Below, piece after piece: positions 24,890 through 36,360 of a stretch of 64,000 nt of DNA. A program made the position numbers and the translations under genes. The stretch is from Chiloscyllium plagiosum. Taxonomy: Eukaryota. Location of the stretch: assembly GCF_004010195.1 (NCBI RefSeq), contig NC_057720.1, positions 34,837,992 to 34,901,991 of the forward strand, given 5' to 3'. Numbering within the stretch: the first letter of the stretch is position 1; each line of letters begins with the position of its first letter. The notes beneath the pieces were generated by a model, which was not told where the DNA came from, ran no database searches, and worked only from the letters and a program-made list of their open reading frames with translations.

Positions 24890-25410
24890 CTTCTCACTGT
24901 CAGTCAACCTAATTTTTGCGACTATTTAAAAATTGTGGCAATGAGGTGCTCTGTCGGATGACTTTGACAGTCTTCTCAGGGAATCATCCAATAGGATGCA
25001 TTAATGCACCATCTTAACTTTCTACAGGTCCTTGAGGATATTACCTCATTTGATTGGATCGTTGGATCATTGTCTGATGGATTCACAGTCAGCAGTGGTT
25101 TTCTGCTCAAACATTTCTACAAGGGACACATGATACAACATTGATACAATTGTGTGGGATGCTCCACAACAACCCGGTCAGACCTATGCTTTGCAACACT
25201 GGAGACAGATCCTTGCCATATACTGACATTTGGTGTTTGCACATTGAGGGTCTCTTATTCACAACTTGATGCAGCCACACACAAATATGGTCCTCAGGAT
25301 TAAGGCAACGTTAATTATGAATTTCTCCATAACTTTATGTGGATGTTGTACATTGGGCTGCCACCGCAAATATGGAGCAGATATTTCCCATTTTAATGGG
25401 GTGAATGTAT
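24890..25410 (-). mobile_element. Tx1/L1-clade LINE remnant, post-RT region
   Basis: Minus-strand translation across frameshifts: NVALILRTIFVCGCIKL..DPQCANTKCQY..LSPVLQSIGL..PIG*FPEKTVKVI, recalled as a fish/shark Tx1-type ORF2 segment. Confidence 0.7.
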
Positions 25411-25411
25411 T

Positions 25412-26058
25412 AGATCATGGAGTCACAGAGAAGTACAGCATGGAGACAGAGCTCTCAGTCTAACACATCCATGCCGACCAGATATCTTAAATTAATCTAG
25501 TCCCATTTGCCAATATTTGTCCCATAGCCCTCCAAACCCTTCCTATTCATGAACGCATACATACGCCTTTTAAATGTTTTAATTGCACCAGCCTCCACCA
25601 CTTCCTCTGGCAGTTCATTTCAAACATGCACCACCCTCTGTGTCAACATTTTGCTCCTTAGGTCCTTTTTAAATCTTTCCCCTCTCACCTTAAACCTATG
25701 CCTCCAGTTTTTCATTCTGCTAGGCTGGGGAAAACACCTTGATTATTTACCCTATCCATGTGCTTCATGATTTTATAAACCTTTATAAGGTTACCCCTCA
25801 GCCTATGACACTCTAAGGAACATAGCCCCAGCCTATTCAACCTCTCCCTGTAGCTCAAACTCTTACCCCGGCAACATCTTTATAAATCTTTTTTGAACCC
25901 TTTCAAGTTTAACAACATCTTTCCGATAGTAGCAACACCAGAACTGAGTGTGGGTATTCCAAAAGTGGACTAAGCAATGTCCTGGACAGCCATAACATAG
26001 CCTCCCATCTCTAATAGTCAATGCACTGACCAATAAAGACAAGCGTACCAAATCTTCT
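25412..26058 (-). mobile_element. CR1 family A 3' end
   Basis: Colinear with 7098-7730; KLERVQKRFIKMLPG. Confidence 0.92.
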
Positions 26059-26068
26059 GGGATTTTTA

Positions 26069-26385
26069 GTAATCCAAGATGGAGGACGGGAGAAAACTGT
26101 GGCTGTAAGATCTGCTCCTTTTTTGGAGTCTTTTTTTCAGTGTTGGAGCTCATTTCCTCAATTTCTTGGAGCAATAATTACTGTTTTATAAGTTGTTGCA
26201 TTGTTTTGGACCTTTGGAAACAAAAAATCAAAATGATGGGAATTTAAAACAAGAGGGAGAGCAGGTTCATATGGAAGATGAAACAAAAGGAGCAGTGAAC
26301 CTGAGCAACTGACTGACCAGGCACCAAACTTTCATAGCTGACTGCAGGTGCAAGCACCTCTGGACATTAGAGTTCAGTCTAAGAT
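26069..26385 (+). mobile_element. Putative CR1 5' leader, inverted relative to the adjacent 3' end
   Basis: gtaatccaagatggaggacgg...; homologous to reverse complement of 800-1103. Confidence 0.65.
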
Positions 26386-26964
26386 AACGACAAACACACC
26401 ATACCACTGGCGAGGTCACTCACCCAATTACATGTCACTCAATTAATAAGAGCAGACAGATGAGTAAGGACAAATACCACGCTCTATCACATAGCTTGAC
26501 ATTGGCAATCTGGGTTACTAGAGGCTACTGGCCAATCTGGGGTTGGCAGCTTATGGGTCTTAAGATCTACTCCTCAAAGGGAAAATAATAGAGGGGACGG
26601 GTTTCAGGGTGAGGCTCACGCAGACCGGAATAGGGGCTGGCATTCCAGTGCCATCTCCTCTCCTGTTAATCATACTTCCAATTGTACCCAGTTTGAACAT
26701 CCCTAACTCGGTAGGTAGGCAGGTCGCTGTGGTTTTTCTGTTGGGAAATTAGCCTCGTCTGTCACCCTAGTTGAGAGGGAAGTGTTTAAGGAAGTGGTAA
26801 TTAAGGCTCTCAAATGGCAACCACTTGTTTGCAGTTTGAGAAGGTCACCCAGGCAACATCGCAGCCAGAAGTGCATTGGTGAGGTGTCGGAAAGGGGGTG
26901 AGTTTTTTCCCAAGACCAACTCATCCAATTACATGTATTTCTTCTTATTGCTCTCCATCGTATG

Positions 26965-27340
26965 GTGAAAGCAGTGAAGTGGACTATCAATTCCAGACCA
27001 TTTCCCTCTCCCACTTCTGCTTGTAGATGATGATGATGATACTTTTCTTCATGGATTCTGAGATGTGGCCGACTCGAAGCATACACTTCCAGTTGGCTTA
27101 AGGTTATCCAGTTCCCCCGGAGTCAAGTGCAACTCTGCCAGCAAACCATCATACAGGAGTTTTTGTTGCCTTGAAGGGACTGACTGCCATTATCAGCTGA
27201 TGGAGAGCTTCTGTTTATCCAGATGCTCCCACTTGTTGTTGTCTATGACTGCTGTGATAGAAGACAGGAAACCATGCTATCTCAATGACACATGCATAAA
27301 AGGATTTGCTGGTGTGTCATCTAGCAGTGATATTCTGCCT
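26965..27340 (-). mobile_element. Tx1/L1-clade LINE remnant, RT N-terminal region
   Basis: Minus-strand translation FLSSITAVIDNNKWEHLD...DGLLAELH...SESMKKSIIIIIYKQKWERE..N**STSLL (decayed DG.PAE and NWRPISLL motifs). Confidence 0.75.
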
Positions 27341-27941
27341 TCAGACTGCAAACCCTCAACTATGGCCCTTTCAGAATTTAGCCAGCCACATCACTGCTGA
27401 TTATAAGAGGGAAGGTTACTGAATGCATCTTAAATCTGTTGTTATCCCATTGATGCTAGAGTAAACATAAAGAGATATAGCTCCAGTCTTCAGATAAAGG
27501 GAAAATAAGGAGAAAAGCTGGCTGAAAAAGGTTAATTTTAGAAATGCTTAAAATAAATTTTAGCTCTTATAATGTTTACACTGACTCTGTCATATTTTCA
27601 CCATGTTTTTTCCTATCAAAGCAGATATTTTGTTGAAAGCACATTTACTTATAATGATTTTGACATAAATCTGTAGAAATGGAAACTTGCATTAGCCTCC
27701 ATAAATTTCTGGAGACCTGTTTAAATCTGCTTATTATGCAAATTTTCACTGACCCCTGACTTCAATTGAGGCAATTATTTTTCACTGGTTACCATATTCT
27801 TAAAAATGACACTGGCCAAACCTCCAAACTTCCCACTCAAACTTCTGACTTGCTCCATTTAAAATCACAAGCACGTTCCTGTATCACAGAAAGCAATGTG
27901 TATGAATGTCTGAATTTGAATCACGCAATGACTTTATTTCA

Positions 27942-28155
27942 GAAAGGTCTGCAGATGCTGGAGATCAGAGCTGAAAATGTGTTGCTGGAAAAGCGCAGCA
28001 GGTCAGGCAGCATCCAGGGAACAGGAGAATCGACGTTTTGGGCATTAGCCCTTCTTCAGGAATCCTGTTCCCTGGATGCTGCCTGACCTGCTGCGCTTTT
28101 CCAGCAACACATTTTCAGCTCTGATCTCCAGCATCTGCAGACCTCACTTTCTCCT
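27942..28155. mobile_element. Perfect fold-back hammerhead element (subfamily 1)
   Basis: 82-bp inverted arms 27945-28026 and 28063-28144; 16-bp TSD caatgactttatttca at 27926-27941 and 28156-28171. Confidence 0.95.
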
Positions 28156-28189
28156 CAATGACTTTATTTCATCCATGTTGGCATTCGAG

Positions 28190-28690
28190 AGAGAAAGTTA
28201 GGCAGACAAAGGGATGATTGATAGTAAGCCAGAGAAGGAGAAATGTTGATCATGGGGATGATGAGGAGGTAAAATAGTTCAGCTCTGTGCTGAAAGCAGC
28301 CCATATTATGATAGGACTTGTGGTATGGAAGCTGGGGTAAGGATATGGAAGGAGGTGTTCATATCCCAGAATTATTGATATTTGGTTCTGAAGGCTGGAG
28401 TCCCCAAGCGGAAGATTCGATGCTATTCTTTCAGTTTAAGTTGAACTTCATTGGACCATGACCTGAGCTTGGGGTCATTTTAATGGACAAAACATAGGTG
28501 TTCCAAAAGTGGTCACCTATTCTGTGTTTTGTCTCGCCAGTGTAGAGATCATATTGTGAGCAGCTATTATAGTAAACCAGATGGGTGAAGTGCAGGTAAA
28601 TCATTGCATCACCTAGAAGGTGTGTCTGGAGCCTTGGATAATGAGGAGTGAGGAGTTAAATGAGCAAGTGTCACCCCTTCTGTGTCTGCA
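28190..28690 (-). mobile_element. Penelope-like (Neptune-type) GIY-YIG remnant
   Basis: Minus strand LYTGETKHRIGDHF (~28500-28548) and QLKLKE*HRIFRLGT (~28400-28445). Confidence 0.75.
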
Positions 28691-28984
28691 AAACTGAAAA
28701 GAAAGTTTGTTGTACAAACTGGGAATTCCCGATGACTCAGATTCAATTGGTGTGTTGTGCTGGGTTAGCTAATTCCAGCATTTGTGGCAATACTTGGACC
28801 ATAGTCAACATTAGCCCAGAATTAAGGAAAATAATTCTTTAATTACTCAATTTTTTCCCAGTATTTTCTGCTGAAAGTACATATAAATGTTGTGTAAGCT
28901 ATGATGTTACCACAATCAAAAATCTTGGCCATTTCAATATCTTGACGTACACATTATTAATCAGTTGCAATACATTAATGAGTT

Positions 28985-29058
28985 GAACTGCTGTGCTTTT
29001 CCAGCACCACTCTAATCTAAACTCTGGTTTCCAGCATCTGTAGTCATTGTTTTTACCT
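28985..29058 (+). mobile_element. Hammerhead module 3' fragment (core absent)
   Basis: gaactgctgtgcttttccagcaccactc...cattgtttttacct, matches 31192-31265. Confidence 0.85.
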
Positions 29059-29649
29059 GTGAAACTCTACCCTTCCAGGAATCAGTGTCTGAAGGAGATT
29101 CGGTTGAGAGGGGAGTGGGGAGAGAATGTCAAGAAAATTAGTAAAGCGAATGTCAGTAAAAGTGATAACCTTAAACAAAACTCATTTCTCAAGAAAATGG
29201 AAATCAAGTTTATCAAGCTCACCTTTATTATTTAACCCTCTAAGCTCTATTGTTTTCATTAATCTGCACTGTAGCCCCTCTAAAGTTTGATCCACAAAGT
29301 GAGAGAGGCAAATAGTGTGATATTTAGTATGGTGGGATGAGGTACATCGTATGAGAGGAGATTTGGGTAGACTGTAAGCACTTGCAGTATGTAACATTCA
29401 AAATAACTCTATGATTGCTGAAATACCATAGTAGAGTTACTGTCGCAATAAATTTTAATTTAGTGTTCTTCACTGTTCAAGGATCACAACTGACTCTGCT
29501 GACCATGTGAAAAACGAGAAGTAGTTCAATTTATTAAAAATGTTTCTCTTTAGCTAAAGCTCTTAGGAACTAACAAAGAGGACAAAGACACTACAGTACA
29601 CAAACAGGGCATTCAATCCACCAAGCCTGTGCTGATAATGATACCTTTC

Positions 29650-29993
29650 AGAGAATCTCTATAGTGTGGAGGAAGGCCATTCAGTCCATTAAGTCCACAC
29701 CAACCCTCCAAAGAGCATCCCACCCAGACCCAGTCTCCCCTCACCCTATGATCCCGCCTTTCCCATGGCTAATCCACCTAGCTTGCACATCCCTGGACAC
29801 TATGGTCAATTTAGCAAGGCCAGTCTAGCTAACCTACAGGTCTTTGGACTGTGTGAGGCAATCAGAGCAATCGGACGAAACCCGTGCACCACGGGGAGAG
29901 CATGCAAACTCCACACAGTTTCCCAAGAGCTGTAATCAAACCCAGGTCCCTGGTACTGTGAGGCAGCAGTGCAAACCACTGAGCCACTATGCC
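29650..29993 (-). mobile_element. HE1-like V-SINE
   Basis: Reverse-complement head and V core. Confidence 0.9.
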
Positions 29994-31136
29994 ATCCTTC
30001 TAAACTGAAAGATTTTTGCCGCTAAATGATCTGTATTCCTCTATTCCCTGCTTATTCATGTATCTGTCAAGATATCTCTTAAATATTGACATTGTATCTG
30101 CTTCTACTACCTCACCTGGTAGTGCATTCCAAACATTAATCACTCAGTGTAAAAGACTTGCCTCTCACATCTCCTTTAAATTTCTCCCTTTTACCTTAAA
30201 CCAATGCCTCTTGTAACTGACATTTCTATCCTGGGAAAAACACTCCAATTATTCTTTCTGTTCATAACTCTCTCAATTTTGTAAACTCTCATCATGTCAT
30301 TCCTCCGCCTCTGATTTTCAAGTGCAAATAAACTAAGTTTGTCCAATCTCTCCTCTTAGATAATACCCTCCATACCAGGCAACATCCTGTTAAACATTTT
30401 CTGTACCCTCTCCAAAGCATGCACATTCTTCTGGTAGTGTGGCGAATATTCCAAATGTAGCCAAACCAAAGTTCTATACAGCTGCAACATGACTTGCCAA
30501 TCTTTACTTTTTATACGCCGAATGATGAAGGCAAGCATGCCATAAGCCTTCTTGAACACCTTATTCACTTGTTTTGCCACTTTCAGGAAACTGTAGGCCT
30601 GTAAGCCTTGATATATCTGTATATTGATACTTCTGTAGGTTCTGCCATTTACTTTATACTTTCTTCCTGCATCATACCTTCCAAAATTCATCACCTTGCA
30701 TTTGTCTGGATTAAATTCCATCTGCCATTTCGCCGCCTGTCTGCTGTATCCTTTGGCAATCCTCCTCACTATCCATAGCTCTCCCTCATCTTCATCTGCA
30801 AACTTACTAATCAGATTGCAACATTCTCCTCCATATCATTCAAATAGATCACAAACAACAGAGGGTCCAATGGAACACCACTGGTCACAAATTTCCAGTC
30901 AGAAAAATACCTCTCCTCCTCTACTCTCTCTCCTCTATGATCAAGCCAAATCTGCCTCTATTTTACCAGCTCACTGGAAATGCCATGTGACATAACCTTC
31001 TGTATCAGTCTGCCATGAAGGACCTTGTCAAAGACCTTACTAAAGTCCATGTAGATAGCATCCAATACGATGCTCTCATCAATAATCTTTGTCACTTCCT
31101 CATAGAACATAATCAATTTGTGAGGCATGACCTCCC

Positions 31137-31164
31137 CTGATGAAGGGCTTTTGCCCGAAACGTC
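31137..31164 (+). ncRNA. Minimal hammerhead ribozyme core, all conserved bases present
   Basis: CTGATGA-A-GGGC-TTTT-GCCC-GAAAC-GTC. Confidence 0.75.
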
Positions 31165-31265
31165 GATTTTCCTGCTGCTCGGATGCTGCCTGAACTGCTG
31201 TGCTTTTCCAGCACCACTCTACTCCAGAATCTGGTTTCCAGCATCTGCAGTCATTGTTTTTACCT
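31137..31265 (+). mobile_element. Hammerhead module (subfamily 1), single arm, inserted in CR1 RT
   Basis: Interrupts aggcatgacctccc|ccacacaaagcc; matches other copies. Confidence 0.9.
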
Positions 31266-32095
31266 AGTTGATTTTCTCCCCCACACAAAGCCATGCTGCC
31301 TATTTCTAATAAGTCCAAATTTTTTCCTAAATGTATGTAAATCCTGTCCCTGAGGATCTTCTCTAATAATTTGTCTACCACCCACGTAAGACTCACCGGT
31401 GTGTAATTTCATAGATTATCCCAGTTGCCCTCATTAAACAAAGGAACAACATTGACTATTCTCCTGACCTCTCATGTGACTAAAGATGATACAAAGATTT
31501 CTGTCAACACCCGGAAATTTCCTTCTTCACCTCCTTCATCATTCGGGGATAGATGCTATCAGGTCCTGGGGACTTGTCTACCTTAATGTACCACCTCCCT
31601 CTTTTTTTATTAACATGGCATAGAATATCAACATAATCCTCTCTAGACCCACATGCCCTACTTCCATCCATCATGTCCTTCTCCTTTGTGAAGTATCTGT
31701 TAAGATCCTCACCCACTTCCTCCGGCTTCATGCATAAATTCCCTCCTTTGTCCTGGAGTAGACCTCCCCCTTTCCCTAACTACCCTCTGTTACTTATATA
31801 GGCCTTGGGATTTTATTTAATCTTGTTTGTCAAGGGATAAGTTAAATCTGCCAACAAAGATGGACATTTTTTTTGCAGAGATTGAGATATATTCTGTCAC
31901 AAACTGCTAGAAAATCTCATGAAACATTCTGAGCAGCTTGTAAATTGTTTAAAAATCAGTTATACTTCTGCACATTAATTGATTTTAATAAATTTCTTCT
32001 CACTTTCCTGTCACCAATTAAACAATCGCTCACTGTTCATACCTGACTGACGATTTGTATTCTTATGCATTGTTCTGTATCATTGAAATGAATTA

Positions 32096-33520
32096 GAGTC
32101 ATAGATAGGGTCATAGAGATGTACAGCATGGAAACAGACCCTTCGGTCCAACCCGTCCATGCCAACCAGATATCCCAACGTAGTCTAGTCCCACCTGCCA
32201 GCACCTGGCCCATATCCCTCCAAACCCTTCCTATTCATATACCCATCCAAATGCCTCTTAAATGTTGCAATTGTACCAGCCTCCACCACATCCTCTGGCA
32301 GCTCATTCCATACACGTACCACCCTCTGCATGAAAATGTTGCCTCTTAGGTCTCTTCTATATCTTTCCCCTCGCACCCTAAACCTATGCCCTCTAGTTCT
32401 GGACTCCCCCACCCCAGGGAAAAGACTTTGTCTATTTATCCTATCTATGCCCCTCATAATTTTGTAAACCTCTATAAGGTCACCCCTCAGCCTCCGATGC
32501 TCCAGGGAAAGCAGCCCCAGCCTGTTCAACATCTCCCTGTAGCTCAGATCCTCCAACCCTGGCAACATGCTTGTAATCTTTTCTGAATCCTTTCAAATTT
32601 CACAACATCTTTCCGATAGGAAGGAGACCAGAACTGCATGCAATATGCCAACAATGGCCTAACCAATGTCCTGTACAGCCGCAACATGACCTCCCAACTC
32701 CTGTACTCAATACTCTGACCAATAAAGAGTCACTATCCTTCTTCACTATCCTATCTACCTGCGACTCCACTTTCAAAGAGTTATGAACCTGCACTCCAAG
32801 GTCTCTTTGTTCAGCAACAGTACCTAGGACCTTACCATTAAGTGTATAAGTCCTGCTAAGATTTGCTTTCCCAAAATGCACCACCTCGCATTTATCTGAA
32901 TTAAATTCCATCTGTCACTTCTCAGCCCATTGGTCCATCTGATCCAGATCCTGTTGTAATCTGAGGTAACCCTCTTTACTGTCCACTACACCTCCAATTT
33001 TGGTGTCATCAGCATACTTACTAACTGTACCTCTTATGCTCGCATCCAAATCATTTATGTAAATGACAAAAAGTAGAGGGACTAGCACCAATCCTTGTGG
33101 CACTCCACTGGTCACAGGCCTCCAGTCTGAAAAACAACCCTCCACCACCACCCTCTGTCTGCTACCTTTAAGCCAGTTCTATATCCAAATGGCTAGTTCT
33201 CCCTGTATTCCGTGAGAGCTAATCTTGCTAATCAGTCTCCCATGGGAAACCTTGTCGAATGCCTTACTGAAGTCCATATAGATCACATCTGCGCTCATCA
33301 ATCTTCTTTGTTACTTCTTCAAAAAACTCAATCAAGTTTATGAGACATGATTTCCCACGCACAAAGCCATGTTGACTATCCCGAATCAGTCCTTGCCTTT
33401 CCAAATACATGTACATCCTGTCCCTCAGGATTCCCTCCAAGAACTTGCCCACCACCGAGGTCAGGCTCACCGGTCTCTACTTCCCTAGCTTCTGTTTACC
33501 GCCCTTCTTAAACAGTGGCA
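32096..33520 (-). mobile_element. CR1 family A RT and 3' end
   Basis: ORFs 33264..33470, 32915..33151 (GVPQG, YADD), 32600..32911, 32185..32568. Confidence 0.95.
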
Positions 33521-35348
33521 ATTGTATAATTGCAGGGTTTAATATTTTAATTGAAAATGAATTTATAAAGATTGATGACTGATGGCAGTATGGAAGATGT
33601 TTGTACTCAAAATGGGAATACATAAGTGACCTTCTCTTGTGCATTATTGAGGGAGCTCACTACTATTATGCAACTGTCGCACTGTTTCAGCTAAAATCCT
33701 ATGTTTCCGGAGCTTTGCAGCTTGCATAATCATCCAAGAGTCCTGGAAATAAATTATGTGGAGAAATATTCAGTAACCACTGATTAGTGGAATCCCACCA
33801 TGACTCTCAGCATTTCATGAGACATCTTAATGTCCTTCAACTGAGTTAGAATACATCAAATATTTGAAATAGCAGGTATTCATATGTTTAATCTATGCTT
33901 ATCTTTATACTATTTGATATCTAGAATTTAATTTCAACATATACTACTCAATATAATCTGTTCCAAATTATTTAGTATTGACCACTGATGGGGTTAAATA
34001 AAATTTCACTTTATGCCCTCCTTGACTTTACAAAGTAGCTCAGGCGTTGTACACACACCTTGTCCCCAGGATATCTGTAACTGGCACTAATGAAATATTA
34101 TGCATGTATCTGCATTCTTTATACACTGCTATTGAAGTTATAGTTCTCCCCACCCAGTATCTATTAGGGTTAATTAAGCTTTATAAAACCTGACATAGAT
34201 TCGTACACAGGCAATGTATTTATGGCTGTCAGCTAAGATAAATTCCGTAAGGATGCATTTGACTAATTTTATTGGATAAAGGGTTTCCAAACCTTTCAAT
34301 GAGATCACAGCGGGAGCATTATTGCTTAATGATTCTGATTGTAAAGCCATTAAATGGACATTCTTTCCTTCTGGAGGTCAATAATTGCTGCCAAAACAAT
34401 AAAGAAGTATTGTCTTTGATCTTTTGTCTTTTCTAACCTACAGTGGGAGTCGACGACATACTGATGGTTTCATGGTAAAGGTGTAATAATATCAAATGTA
34501 TTTTTTTTTAAAAGATAGGGCACTTCAATAGCACTGTATCAAAATGTATTTAAAATACTTTTGTTCTACTTTTAATTTTGATTTGTCAATCATCTGTAAC
34601 AAAAATGTTTTTTAATTCTTTCATGGGATGTGAGCATCTCCAGTAAGATCATTATTTGTTACTCATCCTTATTGCACTTGGCAAGTTGCTGGCAAGCTGT
34701 GTTCTGGACAGTTCATCTGCTGTTGGCACATTGCAGCACTTCACACAGATGGTATAATATCCTAGTGACCCTTTATGTATCTATCAATTGTATATGTTCC
34801 ATCCACTTTATTTTATTGTCCTTCTTTTTGTATATATTATTCTTTGATACTCATTTGCACACATCTGGCTCCCATTCTGCTGTCTCTGACTATCTCATTG
34901 CTACATCCTAATTTCAATTTTCTCTTGCACTCCAACACTTTTTCTCTCTACCTCTTTACCAATTCTCTGCATTTGCTATATTCCCCATTCTGCCACTGAT
35001 GAAAATGGAAATCTTTTTGTCTAAATGCATTTTTAAAATCCTGCTATATATCCTTTTATTTACCCTTTACAATTTTAAAAATTGTACAGAAAGGAAAACT
35101 TCATAGGAGTTGCACTTATGCTCTTCATGTCAGATCAACATAAACGCCAACTTCAGAATTTCCGCAGTTAGTAAACTGAGATTACTCCTAATTGTATGGG
35201 AAGTATAGAGAACAATGAGAAATTTGCTGTTTCTAACTGTATCAGTCCTCAACTAAATGAAATTGGGGCAATTACAATCAAAATCTCTATATCTATATTT
35301 ACATTAAAGTCCATTATTGAAAGTTACATATTGGTTTTAAATTGTCAA

Positions 35349-35448
35349 GGCGAAAATGAGGACTGCAGAAGCTGGACATTTCCTGATGAAGGGCTTTTGC
35401 CCAGAATGTCGATTCTCCTGCTCCTCAGATGCTGCCTGCCCTGCTGTG
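35349..35448. mobile_element. Hammerhead module (subfamily 1), rearranged
   Basis: gaggactgcagaagctgga then ctgatgaagggcttttgcccagaatgtcgattctcctgctcc (core starts 35383). Confidence 0.85.
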
Positions 35449-35849
35449 ATCATCCTGAGCAGGGCCTCAACTGGTATTGAAGGCTGCCCTTGGCTTACTG
35501 CATTGAGAACCTCTGAGCAATGACTAGCGTTTTGACTTGGCTGAGGCCTATTGACAAATCGGACAAGCTTCCTGGCTGTGTGTGTGCACTAAACAATACA
35601 GCAATACAGCAGTACTATGAGCCTGCTGTCTTGGGTTGAGCGGAAAAACAAGGCAAGGCAATACAAGGTAAGCTCAGAACAAGTAAGTGCTGTGACAGGA
35701 AGTGTATAAGCCAGACATGCAGCCCAGTCCAGCCCATGAGCTGAGTGTATGCGTGTCTCTGAGTGTAGTGTCCTTGCTAAGGATTGTGAAGATAGTTGCT
35801 GGAGCAGCCTGAAGTGCAGTATTAAACTGAACCTTGGATTGTTCCACTT

Positions 35850-36360
35850 TACCATTGGAGGATAAAGTCAGGGTAACAGATTTTTTGGGGGGACATTGAA
35901 CGAGATTAAAGAGGTGGGAAGGCAGTGAAGTACATAAATGTGAGAGAGAGAATTTTAATTTGACAGGCTCAGAAAAATGGAGCTCATGCAAGTCATTAAG
36001 GGAGAGGTATTTTGGGCCAGCTTGATCTGTGACAGGTTACAGGAAGCAGATGTTTGGATGGCTTGAAGTTTGTGGAAGTTGACAAATTGAAGTTGGCAAG
36101 AAAATGTTCTAAATTTGACTGCTGAGGTAAAGCTAAGGGCATGTGATGCTACAAAGATGGTTGTTGTGAGGAAGAGGATATGGGAGCAGAACGTCACCTC
36201 AGGAATAGATAGAATGTTGAGGCTGTAAACAATCCAGTTCTACAGGGAGCGATATTGAATTGAAGACAAGGATACAGACCACTTAGCAAGGATCAAATTA
36301 TCTTGATCTTCCCAATATGGAGCTGAAAAAGGAAGTGATTCTCCAAGATTGTGAGTCCAA
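35850..36360 (-). mobile_element. Degraded L2-like LINE fragment
   Basis: Purine-rich reverse-strand pattern resembling an L2 RT C-terminal region. Confidence 0.45.

Larger units (their letters stand above)
29575..31830 (-). mobile_element. CR1 LINE (another subfamily), interrupted by a SINE and a hammerhead module
   Basis: ORFs 31504..31731 (KSPGPDSIYPR), 31100..31396, 30356..30769 (WQMEFNPDKC, LERVQK). Confidence 0.9.

Noticed and set aside
27942..28155. Hairpin as a DNA-transposon MITE or a miRNA gene
   Set aside because: TSD lengths vary across the family, arms are often asymmetric, and the sequence is the 3' terminus of PLE fragments here.
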